DNA of 64,000 nt from assembly GCA_013239625.1 (NCBI GenBank), contig MU053881.1, forward strand, positions 5,975,957-6,039,956. Direction: 5' to 3'. Shown here piece after piece: positions 1 through 12,192 of this stretch; position 1 is the stretch's first letter, and the number at the start of each line of letters is the position of its first letter. The notes under the pieces were generated by a model. The model was not told the DNA's origin, made no database searches, and saw only the letters and a list, made by a program, of their open reading frames with translations. The stretch comes from Lama guanicoe (Eukaryota). The position numbers were made by a program, and so were the translations under genes.

Positions 1-18
1 AGTGGAGGGACTTTCCGC

Positions 19-48
19 GGTGTGTGTGTGTGTGTGTGTGTGTGCGTG
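19..48. repeat. (TG)n microsatellite
   Basis: Direct gtgtgt run with one gc interruption. Confidence 0.95.
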
Positions 49-1009
49 TCGGGGGAAGCAGGTGACAAGGGCAGGATGGAGGGACACAGCAGGTGTGCTG
101 AGTGTCTACTGCGTACATCAGGCGCTCCTAGGATCTTTTGCAGGGTTATCTCATGGAAACGGCTCTGCTGCCCGGCAGGGTGTACTGTTACTAGACCAGA
201 TGGGGTACACGAAGCTCAGAGAAGCTTGAGAACATTCAGCAGGGCAGGCTTGAGAGGGGCTAGGCTTGGGAGCCAGGCTGATCAGGAAGCTGGCTCCCCA
301 TTCCCACATAGGATAATGTCCAGCCAGCCCTTTGCCTCTGTGACTCCTGGGCTCCTGATCTGTCCAAGGGGGTTACTAATCTCTGCAGATGGAGACTAGA
401 GATAATATAGTCAGATCACCTAGCCCCATGCCTGGTACAGGGTAAAAACACAATAAAATTCCAGATTCTACTGAGACGTTTAGGTGAGAGTTGGGTGTGA
501 GTGAGCATGATGCAGGGAGAACAAGGTCATCTGCCTTTGAGAGGGAAATCACGTGGGCACAAATAGGAAAAGTCCAAGGAAACCATCCTCTACCCGTTCT
601 CAGATCTAATGCGAGTGCTCTAACTGATGCCTGCCGACCAGGTTCTCCACCTGCCTCCACGCCTGCCAGGGAAACAGACGCCAGTTCATAGTGAATTGTC
701 TTAAGAGTGCAGTCACCTTAGCTATTGAAGCATGGGACAAATGCATTTATGCCCGTGTCAGGCACACCCTTGCATTTGGCGGAGGAGACTGCTGGGGTTC
801 GGCGAGCCTGTGGCCCGCCCCCGCGAACAAGTGGCTAAACTGGGGCTTGGATCCGAATCTGTCTGCCCCCAGCCTGCCAGTCTGCCTTCTTTTTCTCTTT
901 GTCATTATCCCTCCCACCGCGCTGACTTTTCGATTTAAAAAAAAAAAAATCATGCTTTCAAACCTGATGCTGTTTACAAAGTTGCGGTAGAGTAGGTAAG
1001 GTGTGCATG

Positions 1010-1011
<2 letters not shown>

Positions 1012-1046
<35 letters not shown>

Positions 1047-1050
1047 TGTG
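1012..1050. repeat. (TG)n microsatellite
   Basis: Near-perfect TG run. Confidence 0.95.
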
Positions 1051-2461
1051 TACTGTGTTTCCCATTCTGTGCTGGGTCTGTTTGCATGAAAGAAAAACAA
1101 CAACAAAAAAACCCCGACCCCAAGCCCTCCTGAGTTGTCTCACATCAGGAGAGCGGCTGCCTGTTCCCCCACCCCAGGGTGGCTGTGGCATTGTAAGCAA
1201 GCTGCAGACCCCCCAAGCAACCAGAACATTCTGTACCTTGTGGCAATTAGTCCCCACTTGGCTTAAGGACTCCGACATCAAAGGAGGCCTCCGCCTGCTG
1301 CCCAAGGGGGACCCGGGGAATGCCTCAGAACAGGCCTTCCCCTCATTAGGGGCTCCAGCCACCAGCAAAGCAGGCTCCGGACAACAGACCCGGCCCCATC
1401 AAAGGCCCCCTTCCCCCGGGAAGGCCTCTGTAATCCGGGGCCTGGCTAGGCCCTGCCCCCTCCCTAGACCAGCTCAAAAGCAGCCGTCTGGGGACACCTG
1501 ACTACTCTCCAGTTCAAAGCCATGTGAATGCATTAACAAGACAAAACACCATTTTCCTGTCTCAGAACTCCTAGGGCCTGGCCTTCAGCCGCCTGCCGTC
1601 AGGCCTGAAGGGCACTCCATCCCTGCCCACTTAGCAGTGGGGCCTGAAGGCAGGCCCCTCCTCTGCAGTCTCCCCGGCCTTTGAAAACCGCGAGCACAAA
1701 CAGCGGCTAGCTTAAGCCACTCAGCAATGCCTCTTCAGGCCTAATCTGCTCCTTCGTAAGGTAGGTGGCCGGTCTGGAGCCAGCCCTCCTGAGAGCCAGA
1801 GCTGAGAGGGGAAAAGCAGGCCGGCCCGGGGGTGGCCGCCCTCCTCGGCAGGCAGAGGCCCCTGCTTCTGTCCCCGAGTACATGGGAGAGGAGGAGAAGG
1901 AGCTACAAGCAGTCTCTCTTCAGAATCCAGGATTCTAGAGCAAAGGGGCCAGATATGGTCATTACTCATCATCCACCCACCTGTTCACCCATCCATCACA
2001 CACCTGTCCATCCATCTGTCCGACGGTCCATTCGTCCGCCCGTCCATCCACCCATCCCACTGATGCTCGATCCTGTTCCAGACCCCGGGGACCCAGAAAG
2101 GAATCCGACACATACTCAGTCCTCAAGGAATGCCCAGTCTCTGGGAGGAGCAGAAAACACCTTAAGGCCGTAAGAGAGGCCAGACGATGGGGTCGGAGGT
2201 GGCCGGGAAGATGGCACAGGAGATGCGAGACTTGGACCTGGAAGATGAACACGGGTTTTACCGAGTGGAAGGGAGAAGATGGCGTCCCACGCAGCTAATC
2301 ACGGAGGCCTGAAATAGCCTAGATGTGTATGAAGCTACTAACTGTCTGTTAGTCTGAAGTTTGTGTGGAGGGAGGAGATGGGGGCTGGTGAGAGACACGG
2401 CTGCAGCCAAAGAAGGGGGCTCTTTATTCCATGAAGTCTATTCCCTGATGAGCACTCAGGT

Positions 2462-2835
2462 TCACACACACAAAAACACACACACACGAGTTCCCACACA
2501 TGCAAACAGCAAGTCAAGACACAAATAACAGGTGTGAAAGTCTTTCCACAGACACGTGCTCATGCAATGCCAATATGCGCATCCACGTGCACGCGTGCAC
2601 ACAATGACATGCAGGCAAATGCGCTCACACACGCGGAAACACACCTACCCTCATTCAGACATACTCGGGCACACACACACAAGCGTGCTCACACACACAA
2701 ACTCACATGTGCCAAGAGTCCTAGCTGGTGTACTCAACCTTGACGTCCACACAAACTAACCCACATATGACACCCATGTTCACTCATGCAAACCATGTGC
2801 ACACATGTATACACGCGCGCACACACACACACACG
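2462..2835. repeat. Degenerate (CA)n-rich low-complexity tract
   Basis: Recurrent cacacaca/catgca/cacatg words; explains the His/Thr and Val/Cys ORFs here. Confidence 0.85.
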
Positions 2836-3519
2836 CTGCACCAGGGAAAGGCCGGGGCTAGGATGCCTGCCTCTCATTATTCCTCAGTCATAAAAATGTG
2901 CTCCAGGCAGTGAAACTTGGCAGAGCTGGGCCCATCAGCTGTGCGTGGGCGGGAGCTGGGTGTCCCCGGGCTCCGCTGGGCTCTGCCAAGATGAAGGGAC
3001 TCCCCGTCCTGATAGCGGCCTCCTTTCCCAGCTTCCCCAGCCGCTGCTGCTCCCACGGGGAGAGCTGCCTTCCCCTTCTGCAACCATTGCCTTGCTTGGG
3101 CGGTGGGACAAACATGTCCAGCCCCGACCCACATGGCAGGGTGGCCAGAGCCAGCCCTCTGACGTTGTCTCCTGGACAGGCGCCCAGCCAGCTCTGGGCC
3201 AGGCGGTGCTCTTCTCCGTGCAAGACCCACTGGGCTCCACCGTGCTCCTCCACTTCCGTCCCACGGGCTTCCCCCAGCCCACATTCTCTGCCACAGCCAC
3301 CCTGGGTCAGCCCTGCTGGCTGCAATTTTCCTGATGTGCTTGGTCATCGATAGGAGGCCACAGCTGGGATGCCTCTGAGACTTAGAAATTGGGGACCTCT
3401 TGGAGCAGTGGAGGGGGGCGGGTTGTGGTGGGGGTGATATTAGCTGAGCTCACTTCAGCCAAGCCACTGCTGAGGCTCTGCTCTCCAAGCCATGGCCCTT
3501 CTCTTCTCCCAGACCTGGT

Positions 3520-3860
3520 CGTCCACCCTCCCGTCTACCTGCTCATCCGTCTACTTACGCATCCCACTCCTGCCATCTTACCAGATTTCTATCCGTCCAT
3601 TCAGTCATAGATACAATTTTTAAACAATCTACCTGTTTACCTAAACACTAATTTTTTTATCCACCCATCCATCTACACATTATTCATCTATTTATCCATC
3701 CATTCCATATCTGTCCATCAACTCACCCACTTAAACATCCATCCTTCCATTGCTCATCCATCTAACCATCCATTTCTTTGAACATCTTACTGAACCCTTC
3801 AATCATCTATTCATCTATCCATTTCTCTGTCCATCGGTGTCTATTTATCCATCCATCCAT
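3520..3860. repeat. Degenerate (CCAT)n tetranucleotide repeat
   Basis: Repeated ccat/tcat/ctat units. Confidence 0.85.
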
Positions 3861-3929
3861 ATGCGCAGACTGTGAAATCCCCAAGACCTGGATTTGAACC
3901 CCTGTTTCACCACTTCCTGCCAGCAGCAG

Positions 3930-4384
3930 ACGCTGCCAGTTCTCTTCCCACATCGCCCGGTCCTTACCGTCTCAGTGCACACAAGTCTCCAACTGCCAGA
4001 ACCGAAATCTTTTTGCCTGAGAGCTTTCTCTTACCACTGAGCCTTATCTGCCCCATGTGTGGAAGGCTGGAAGTGGTGAGGAATTAACACCCTTTGGGAG
4101 CAGCCTCCAACCAGTGACTCGCCCGAGTTGGTGTATAAATAGTCCTGCTTCCTCATCACTGAGTAGGGTGACTCTTGGGCAAGAATTCTCTGGATCCCAG
4201 AGTTCCCTAGCAGGATTAAGCTCCATTTTCCTACAGTGGTAACTTGCTTGATAAGCACACCCTTCACTGGCTGCCTTCCCTTCCTGTCTTACTTGCCCAC
4301 TTTGCTGTTTCACCTCCCAAAGAAATTACTTGCATTTGAATCCTTGTTCCAATATTTGACTTCTGGGGAACCCAAACTAAGACA
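3930..4384 (+). mobile_element. ERVL solo LTR, LTR16-like
   Basis: Internal gttggtgtataaata and cagagttccctagcaggattaagctcca, 3' end ttctggggaacccaaactaagaca, all resembling LTR16 consensus. Appears to interrupt a MIR-like segment. Confidence 0.75.
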
Positions 4385-4559
4385 CCACTTATATAACTTG
4401 GATAGATTACTTTACTTAATATGATCCAGCATTCCAACAATATTAGTTATTGCTTTTATTACATATTACTATTTAACAATGATAATAATAAATATGGACG
4501 TGCTCATGAGGCAGTGGTCTCTGCCATCTATCAACTAGTGAGTGTCACCGCCATCCAGC

Positions 4560-5110
4560 CAGAGAAGCAGAAACGTAGGCAGCATCCTTCTCACTCCCAA
4601 ACCTAAGCCACCCCAAGTCCTTTCAATTTTCATCTCTTATAGATCTTGTATAACTCTGTAACTTCTCTCTGTCTCCACACCGACCTCTCTGGTCCAAGTG
4701 AGAGCCATCTCCACCCTTCACTCCTGGACCACAGCACAAAGCTCTTAAGCAGATGCCACATACTTCTTGTCCCCAACCCCCAAACATCCACTCTTCACAC
4801 CGAAGCCAGAGTGATTTGTCCGGAGATGCGGGTATGATCACAAGCCTTACAGCCCTCCAATGGCTGCCATTGTTCTGAAGACAAAGAGCGACGTGCTTGA
4901 CCTACTTACGGGGACTTGCCTGCTGCTCCGGTGGCACCTCCCCTGGGCTCTGGCCTGCAGCCTCCCCAGCCTGCACAGAATGCACGGGAGTCCCTTCCAG
5001 AGTCCAGCTTTGCTCATGCTGTTCTTCCATCACATCGTTAAGCCCCTACTTGTCTATCAAATCTTAACTCTGATGTCACTCTTTCAGTGACACTTTCCTT
5101 AACATGCCAG
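4560..5110 (+). mobile_element. LINE-2 fragment
   Basis: ccactcttcacaccgaagccagagtgatt ... gccctccaatggctgccattg resembles the L2 3' region. Confidence 0.6.
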
Positions 5111-5149
5111 ACTAAGCCGAGTCTCTTATTATTGGCTCAAATAGATCCA

Positions 5150-5382
5150 TTTATTTCTTCACTCATTCATTTATTCATTCAGTGGATATTTATTGAGTGC
5201 CTCCTGTGTGCCAGGCATTAAGTGAACAAATCAGATGAGGTCCCTGCCCTCAAGCAGTTACCTTCCAGTGTCTGTCTCTGTGTCACCTGGGAGAGGGTCA
5301 GAAGGCCTTACTTTAGACAGACTGGTCTGAGAAGGCCACTACAAGGAGGCGACATTTGAGCTGGGATTTAAATAGCAGAGGA
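5150..5382 (-). mobile_element. LINE-2 3' end
   Basis: cattcattcagtggatatttattgagtgcctcctgtgtgccaggca is the reverse complement of the L2 terminus. Confidence 0.8.
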
Positions 5383-5384
5383 GA

Positions 5385-5558
5385 GGGGTGGTGGTGCTGA
5401 AAAGAATAATGGTGATAGTGGAGGAATGGTGGGGACAGTGATGGTGGTGGTGGTGACGATGACGATGATGGTGTTGAAGATGCTTGTGGTAATGGTGGTG
5501 CTGATGGTAAAAGAAGTAGGGGAGTGGTGATGATTTTGGAGATGGTGATGACAATGGT
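5385..5558. repeat. (GGT/GAT)n trinucleotide repeat, left part
   Basis: Degenerate ggt/gat units, cut off by the LTR starting at 5559. Confidence 0.85.
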
Positions 5559-6364
5559 TGTGATAGGGAGAATAATGGGCCCCCAAATGTGTCCATGTCT
5601 TTACCTCTGGAAGCTGTGAATATGTTATGTGTTATGGCAAGGGCTAATGAAGGCTGCTGATCAGCTGACACTGAGATAGAGAGATTATCCTATTACTTGG
5701 GTGGGCCCAGTGGAATCACAAGCATCCTTATAGTGAAAGAGGGAAGCAGGAGAGAGATTTGGAGTGGTGTGGCATAAGAAAAGACTTCCTGGCTATTGTG
5801 GCTTTGAAGATGGACAAAGGGGGCCACCAGCCAAGGGCTGTGGCAAGCCTCCAGAAGCTGGATAAGGAAATTAGTTAATCTTAATTAATTTTAGCCCAAT
5901 AAGACACATTTCAAATTTCTGATCTCCAGAACTGTAAGATAATACATTTTGTGTTGTTTTAATTTACCTAGTGCTATGGTCTAAATGTTTGTGCTCCCAC
6001 CCCCCAGATTCATATGTTGAAATCCTAACACCTAATATGATGGTATTAGGAGATAGGGTGGAGCCCACAATGAATGGAATTAGTGCTCCAAGAGGAGACC
6101 CCACAGTGCTCCCTAGCTCCTCCTGCCATGTGAGGACACAGCAAAAAGATGGTCATCTGTGAACCAGCAAGACCTTGGGCCAAACACCAAATCTTCCAGC
6201 ACCAATGATACTGGACATCCCTCCCAGCCTTCAGAATGGTGAGAAACAAATTCCTGTTATTCAGCAGCCACCCAGTCTGTGGGTATTTCGTAACAGTAGC
6301 TTGAAGGAAGACTAACACACCAAGTTTCTGGTAATTCGTTACAGCAGCAAAAAGCAACTATACA
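5559..6364 (+). mobile_element. MaLR solo LTR, MLT1D-like, interrupted by a nested LTR
   Basis: Starts tgtgatagggagaataatgg, ends ggtaattcgttacagcagcaaaaagcaactataca; flanks atggt/gtggt look like a 5-bp TSD with one mismatch. Confidence 0.85.
5972..6319 (+). mobile_element. Nested MaLR solo LTR, MLT1A/MST-like
   Basis: tgctatggtctaaatgtttgtg...attcatatgttgaaatcctaac...gactaacaca with TG...CA ends; flanks cctag/ccaag. Confidence 0.85.
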
Positions 6365-6885
6365 GTGGTTGTCTGATGGTGGTGGTGGTGGCGGTGGTGA
6401 TAGTGGTGATGATGGTAATGACGATGGTGACAGAGGTGGTGACAATGGTATAGGTAGTTAGGTGATGGTGGTGGTGATGATGATGGTGGTACTGATGGTG
6501 GTGGTGATGGTGATGAAGGAAATGGTGATGAAGGAAGTGGTGATGGTGATGAAGGAAGTGGTGATGGTGATGAAGGAAGTGGTGATGGTGATGAAGGAAA
6601 TGGTGATGATGGTGGTGGTGATGATGGTGGATGGTGATGAAGGAAGTGGTGATGGTGATGAAGGAAGTGGTGATGGTGATGAAGGAAATGGTGATGATGG
6701 TGGTGGTGATGATGGTGGATGGTGATGAAGGAAGTGGTGATGGTGATGAAGGAAGTGGTGATGGTGATGAAGGAAGTGGTGATGGTGATGAAGGAAGTGG
6801 TGATGATGGTGGTGGTGATGGTGGTGGTGGTGATGGTGGTGATGGTGGTGGTAGTGATGATGATGGAGGTAATGGTGATGGTGAT
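6365..6885. repeat. (GGT/GAT)n repeat containing a 21-bp minisatellite (ggtgatggtgatgaaggaagt)
   Basis: 12 gaaggaa cores between 6515 and 6796, mostly 21 bp apart; source of the poly-His/Pro/Val ORFs. Confidence 0.95.
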
Positions 6886-7979
6886 ACATTTTGTAGGAGC
6901 TCAGTCACTTCTTGGGGTCTCCCTATGGTTGACAATCCTCTTATTTTGACCCTCCCTTGACCCACATTTTGAAGCAGGCTTTCCTGAGTAGAAGACTGAA
7001 GAGGAGGATAGTGTGAGAAGGGGCTGAAGGGTTGAGAAATGGCTCCCAAGTAACAGAGGGGACGGAGAGGCAGGGCAGGAACAGAGGCCAAGTAACAGGG
7101 CTTGAGCTTGTCAGTAAGAAGCTCTTTCACACTTTATTTATTTTCCTCTTTAAATCCCTTTCCACTGAGGACCAGGGGCTGCTCTTCAGGTGTTCTCTGG
7201 ATGGAGAAAACAGACCAACGTTGCCTTCTGAGGCTGTTCTGGGATTTGCTGCCCTGGGATGGCATGGGCACTGGGGCCTAAGGAGCTGAAGGGGCAGTGG
7301 GTGCATCCAGCAGCTTGAGGCCCAGAGAGTAAAAAGGACATCCCGGGGTCCCCCAGCAGAGTTGGGGCCAAACTCAGTCTCCTGGCTTCCCATCCTGGCT
7401 TTTCCCATCACACCACAAACTCATTGACCTCTGTCACCCAGAGGCAGAGAGAAAAGAGTCAAAGATCCAACCAGCCGGTACAGAGAGAGAAAAAGACAAA
7501 AAGAGACCAGGTCCCTGAGGCCTTGGGGTTCATACTTTGCCACCTCCCCCTACCCTCAACTCCCCAGTCCTCAGAACCAACCCTGGGACTGCCAGAGCCC
7601 CACCTGCCCCGCCCTGGGATTCCAGAGTGAGAATGACTGCCATCCTGGGGAGACAGACTCTGGGTCTCCAGGGCGGGGTCTTGGCAGGGCCAGATCCGTG
7701 GGCCCCCACCCCACCCCAGAGGGGTATCAGCCACCACCCCACATGGGGGGAGCAGACAGGCAGGGGCAGAGTGGCGCCAGGCCTGGGTCTGGCCACCGCA
7801 GGAAGACCTGCTAGCACCTGTGGACCCAGCTTCTTCCCCCTGCCTCTCCCAGCACGGGCCTCATTAACACCCTCCCTGGGGCTGGGGCTGGGGCCGGGGC
7901 GGGGGCCAGGGTGGAGGGCAGGCAGAAACAGCTGAGGCAGTGGAAAGAGTCCTCTCTCAGGCCCTTAACTGCTTGTATG

Positions 7980-8115
7980 GCTCTGGCAAGCTGTTTCTTT
8001 GTGCCTTGGATTTTTCATCTGTAAAAAGAGGGCAATTGTGCACACAAAACAGAGCCCCTTAGGGGAAGCTCATGTGAAGCACCTACTGAATGCCAGACAC
8101 ACAGTAGGTGCACAC
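7980..8115 (+). mobile_element. MIR SINE fragment
   Basis: ttttcatctgtaaaa core and cacacagtaggtgc tail. Confidence 0.6.
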
Positions 8116-8344
8116 TCACCGAGACCTGTAACGCTGCATCCCCGGGCCTTACCATGGAGCCCCCAACTCCCCACCTTCACAGCTCTGCGGGCGATCTGGG
8201 ACACATCTTTCCACTTCTCCACATGAGTGTTTCCACGCTCAGCTCACCGGATTCCAGGCCGTGCTGTCTCTCTGAGATCTAGAAAGTGGGGCAGCGCCCT
8301 GGCCCCAGCAGAAGCTCAGAACACATCAGCTGCTCTTATCAGGC

Positions 8345-8460
8345 TTGGCTCTGCCACTTCCAGACCATGGGGGTCTGTCAGTTAACCCCTCAGAGCCTTG
8401 GTTTTCTCACCTGCAAAATGGGGTCATAATAGGGGGTGATATGAGAGTGAAAGGAGGAAA
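8345..8460 (+). mobile_element. MIR SINE fragment
   Basis: ggctctgccactt...gccttggttttctcacctgcaaaatgggg core. Confidence 0.7.
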
Positions 8461-10029
8461 AGGAGGTGATGCGGAGAGAATGGGCGGATCCTGTCCCCAC
8501 CCCCGACCCCACCCTCGCAGGGGACTGGATGGGGGAGACTTGGAGCTGCTGCTGAGGGCCTGGACCGCCTCTGCAGGAGTAGGGTGGGAGGGGGAGAGCC
8601 GGATGGGGGGGAGGGAGCAGGCACAACAACGGCCAGGCCCATTTGCGGTTTGTGTCCTAAGAGAAGTGAGTCGACGCTTTCTTGTCATCAGACTTTCCAG
8701 TCACCTGCCTGGGAACCTGAGGAAAAGATTAGGGAGCCAAACACATATTGTTTCTTTTGTTCGAGGTGCCAAGTTTGGTGGGATGAATTGGCCATCTGTT
8801 CTCCCAGCTACGATCCGGCGAGCCGGAAACCTCTGCTTTCCGAGTTGCCACTTCCCATCAGTTGCTAACAAAAATGAGGGGCAGGGAGACTGGGGGGGCT
8901 ACCCGCCCCTGCCCTGTGGCCTGGCTGATCCCTCGTTGGCCGGTCCCCTGCTCCAGGCCCACTGTGTGCTCTGGGCCTCAGATCCCCAAACCTGAGCATG
9001 AGCTGGGAGAAACCCCTGTGCCCTCGGCAGACCCACTGAGCCTCTCTGAGCCTCGGTGTCCCCGTCTGTAAGGTGAGGCTGGTTGGGGCCAGCAAAGCTC
9101 TGCACATCCTCCGGCTCTGACATGGGGAAGCAAACATGGCCCTGAGGTCTGGGGAGGGGAAGGCCTTTGATTGGAGGGCAGCCACTGGGCAGGAGAGATG
9201 GGTGTGGGCCCTTCCTGGGGGTTGCCCATCAGAATCCCTGACCCCCCTTTGCTGGGGTCTGACCGTCTAGCACCAAGGCCCTCCCATTTCCCCCTGGGCG
9301 GGGCTCAGAGTGGGGATTCTTAACCCCCACACTGGCTTTCTCTGGTGGGAATGGGGTTCAAATCCTCAAGCAGGGATCTTCTTGACTTAGGGGCCCTGGG
9401 GGAGTCTGTGATTCCCTAACACGGTGGGAAGAGTTTTGTGGGGGGTACCTTTTCCCAGAAGCAGGGAGCAGAGTTTTCATCTGATTCTCAAGGGACCCTG
9501 TGGCCTTAAAAAGGCCCAGAATGAGTGAGCCCCTGGAACCTGGAGGCAGACCTGCCCCATCTAGAGTGACATCCCTGGACTGACAGGACAGAAAGAAAGT
9601 CCCTCCCACCCCAAATGGGGACCAGCAGTTCAGATGTATCTGAGCGGGTGCTGGGTGATGGGTGTCAGGGACATAGTCCCCAGTGGTCTGGGCAGGAGAG
9701 GCCTCGGTAGGAGCTCTGCCACCTGGGGAGGGAAGCAGCTTTCAGGGTGTGGGGTAGAGGTGAGGGGCTCCTCTTGGCTGACACAGATGCCTCCTGCCTT
9801 CTCGGTGACACCTGCAGACACAGGTGACAAACAGGAGCTGCAGAAAGTGTGACTTGCTACCTAGACCTGAGTTATGCTGAGCTGATGGCTTCCAAGGGCT
9901 AGCTTTGTGGCCTCTCAGTCTCCCTGCAAGGGCCCCTGTTTCATCCCCCTTCCCCTTGCCCCCAGAGGGCTGGGAAGTCCATGCCTGCAGACTGCCTGTC
10001 TGTGCTCCGCCCTCTGTAGGTGTGTTTTA

Positions 10030-10135
10030 TTTAATCTTCACAGCCAGAGTATGCACCCAGGCCCCATTCCACAGATGGGGACACTGAGGCTCAGAGAGGT
10101 CAAGTAATACATTTAAGGTCACTCAGCCAGCAAGG
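10030..10135 (-). mobile_element. MIR SINE fragment
   Basis: ccccattccacagatggggacactgaggctcagagagg. Confidence 0.75.
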
Positions 10136-11169
10136 GCCAGAGCCCACCAGGACACAGCCAGCGTCAGCACCTCTGTGCCCTCCTCCTCAGATGGGCCTGC
10201 AAGCTGCTGGCAGGTTAAAAAAAAAACAACCCAAATGATTCCCAGCCCCAACCGCTCCCCACACCCCACCTCCCAAATGTGTCTGCTATTCTCCATCCAG
10301 ACTGATTACAGCCCAGAACAAGGAGGCTGGGGGAGGGATGGGAGCAAGCAGGCACTGAGAAGACTTGAAAGAAAATTTGAAACACACGTGTGCTGCCTTG
10401 GCTCTGGTAACCCTGAGCCCTCTGCCCGGGTGGCCCAGCAGGCCCCCCTCCCCCCTCCCGGAGCGCTTGGGGCTGGGAGACGCCCCCACCACCATAGCCA
10501 GTCCGTGTCTGAAGGAGGTGCGGAGGCCCGCAGAGGGAGCCCAGCTTGCTGGGGAGGAAGGGCCACGTGGGAGCTGGACCCTGGACTCTGCGACAATTGG
10601 AGAACAGCCTTCCCCCGACTGTCTGTCTCTCTTTCTTCCCATCCACCCACCCTGACATGCCCAGGAGAACCTGTCTTTTCTCTGCTCTTGCACCTGCTGC
10701 CTTCGGCTTAACCCTTTCCCGGCGGGCCAGAGCTCAGCATCCTGGAGCTTGTGTTTGGAGAGGGGCCGGATGGGCAAGAGCTGACTCTGGGGGGCTGGAG
10801 CCTGGGTCAGAGACCAAAGGTGAAGCCAAGCGACAGGCTCTGCCTCACACTGTTTATATGGAACATCCTTCCAGCAATCGGCTTATGGCCTCCAAACATG
10901 TGGCTTCAATCTCTCCCTTGAAATATTGGTTGGGGGGGGAGCTTCTGCCAACACCCACTGGAAGCCTCTCTGTGAGCTCAGCTGAGCACTTGCTGTGCAC
11001 TAATAGCTCTGAGGCCCGTGCCTCTTGCCAATGGCACTGAACACTTGGTTTGCAAATTAGTTTCATATTTGGGAGGGTGTGGTCTGGGAACAGGGCTGAA
11101 GGGCTGGAGCGGTGGACAGGCAGGAGGGAGAAGGCATGGGCCTTGAGAAGCAAGCAGAACTGGGTCCAC

Positions 11170-11340
11170 AACCCAGCTCGGTCACTTTCAAGCTCATAGA
11201 GCCTGGGCAGGTGACTTTACCCTCTGAGGCTTTGTTTCTGCATCTGTAAAATGGACATAAACAATCATGTAATCCAGGGTGGCGATGGAGGAGCAGCCCT
11301 TAGCCTGGCGCTGGCACATGGCATACTTAGGGTACTCAAG
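11170..11340 (+). mobile_element. MIR SINE fragment
   Basis: ctctgaggctttgtttctgcatctgtaaaatgg. Confidence 0.65.
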
Positions 11341-12192
11341 CTCCCCTCCAGTCCCTCCCCTTGTCTGCCCACCTCTCCTGAGGCCCATCGTCTGCTTCCT
11401 GGCCTGACTCCTGCCCATGGCTGCTTTATGGTTTAGTGCGTTATGTCCTGGGAGTCGGAGGCCCTGGATTTAAAGCAAAGCTTTGTCAGGGGTTGGCCGT
11501 GTGCTTTGGGACAAGACCTCTCCATCTCCCAACTGTAATGTGGCGGCGGGAGGTGCGGGTTGGAGGGGTGCTGGATGAGATGCTTCTTGGACAACTTCCA
11601 GAGTAGGATTCAGGGCCTCTAGGAGGCCCCAGAAGGACAAAAGTCCAGTGGCTTGGGGTCCCAGGATGAAGTTAGGACAGGGCTGAGGTGGCTGGGGTCC
11701 TGTGAGATGGGTGACAGGAGGACTGAGCTTCCCTGGGCAGGTGTGGGGGAATGCCTTCCTCACCTCGACCCCCCCCCACCTCTGACTCACCTCTCCCTCC
11801 TTGTGACACATCACCAAGGTCACGCTTGGTGAGAAGAACATGGTGAGAATTGGGATTCCCCTGACGAGACTGCTTTAGAGATTCCAGGGGTGATGTTAAA
11901 AGGCAACGTGTACGGCCCCAGTGCAGGCAGACCGCATTGCAATCTTCAGGATGGGGTCCAGGGATCAGTATATTAATCAGTGTGCATGCAGGGTTGCAGA
12001 TCCAGTACTGGTGGGGAGCAGGAGATACAGGTTTGGGGGTTTGCTGGGCCTCGGTTTAAGTCACAGATCTGCCCAGACTTGGCTTTTGGGACCCGCAGCA
12101 ACACAGTTTTCTCCCCCAGCTTCAATTTTCTCATCTGTTAAATGGAAAATATTTCCTAGTTCATAAGGGTGTAGCAAGGATTAAATGCTATC

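Noticed and set aside
2877..3353. Five overlapping 121-156 aa ORFs
   Set aside because: GC-rich, stop-poor sequence open on both strands; no recognisable domain or exon structure.
6500..6810. CRISPR-like regular repeats
   Set aside because: No unique spacers, eukaryotic context, no cas genes; it is a minisatellite.
6339..7130. 263-aa ORF with poly-His/Pro/Ser and the overlapping ORFs
   Set aside because: Translation of the GGT/GAT repeat and minisatellite; open in several frames on both strands.
8345..8995. 216-aa ORF
   Set aside because: Begins inside a MIR at a non-ATG codon; no protein family resemblance.
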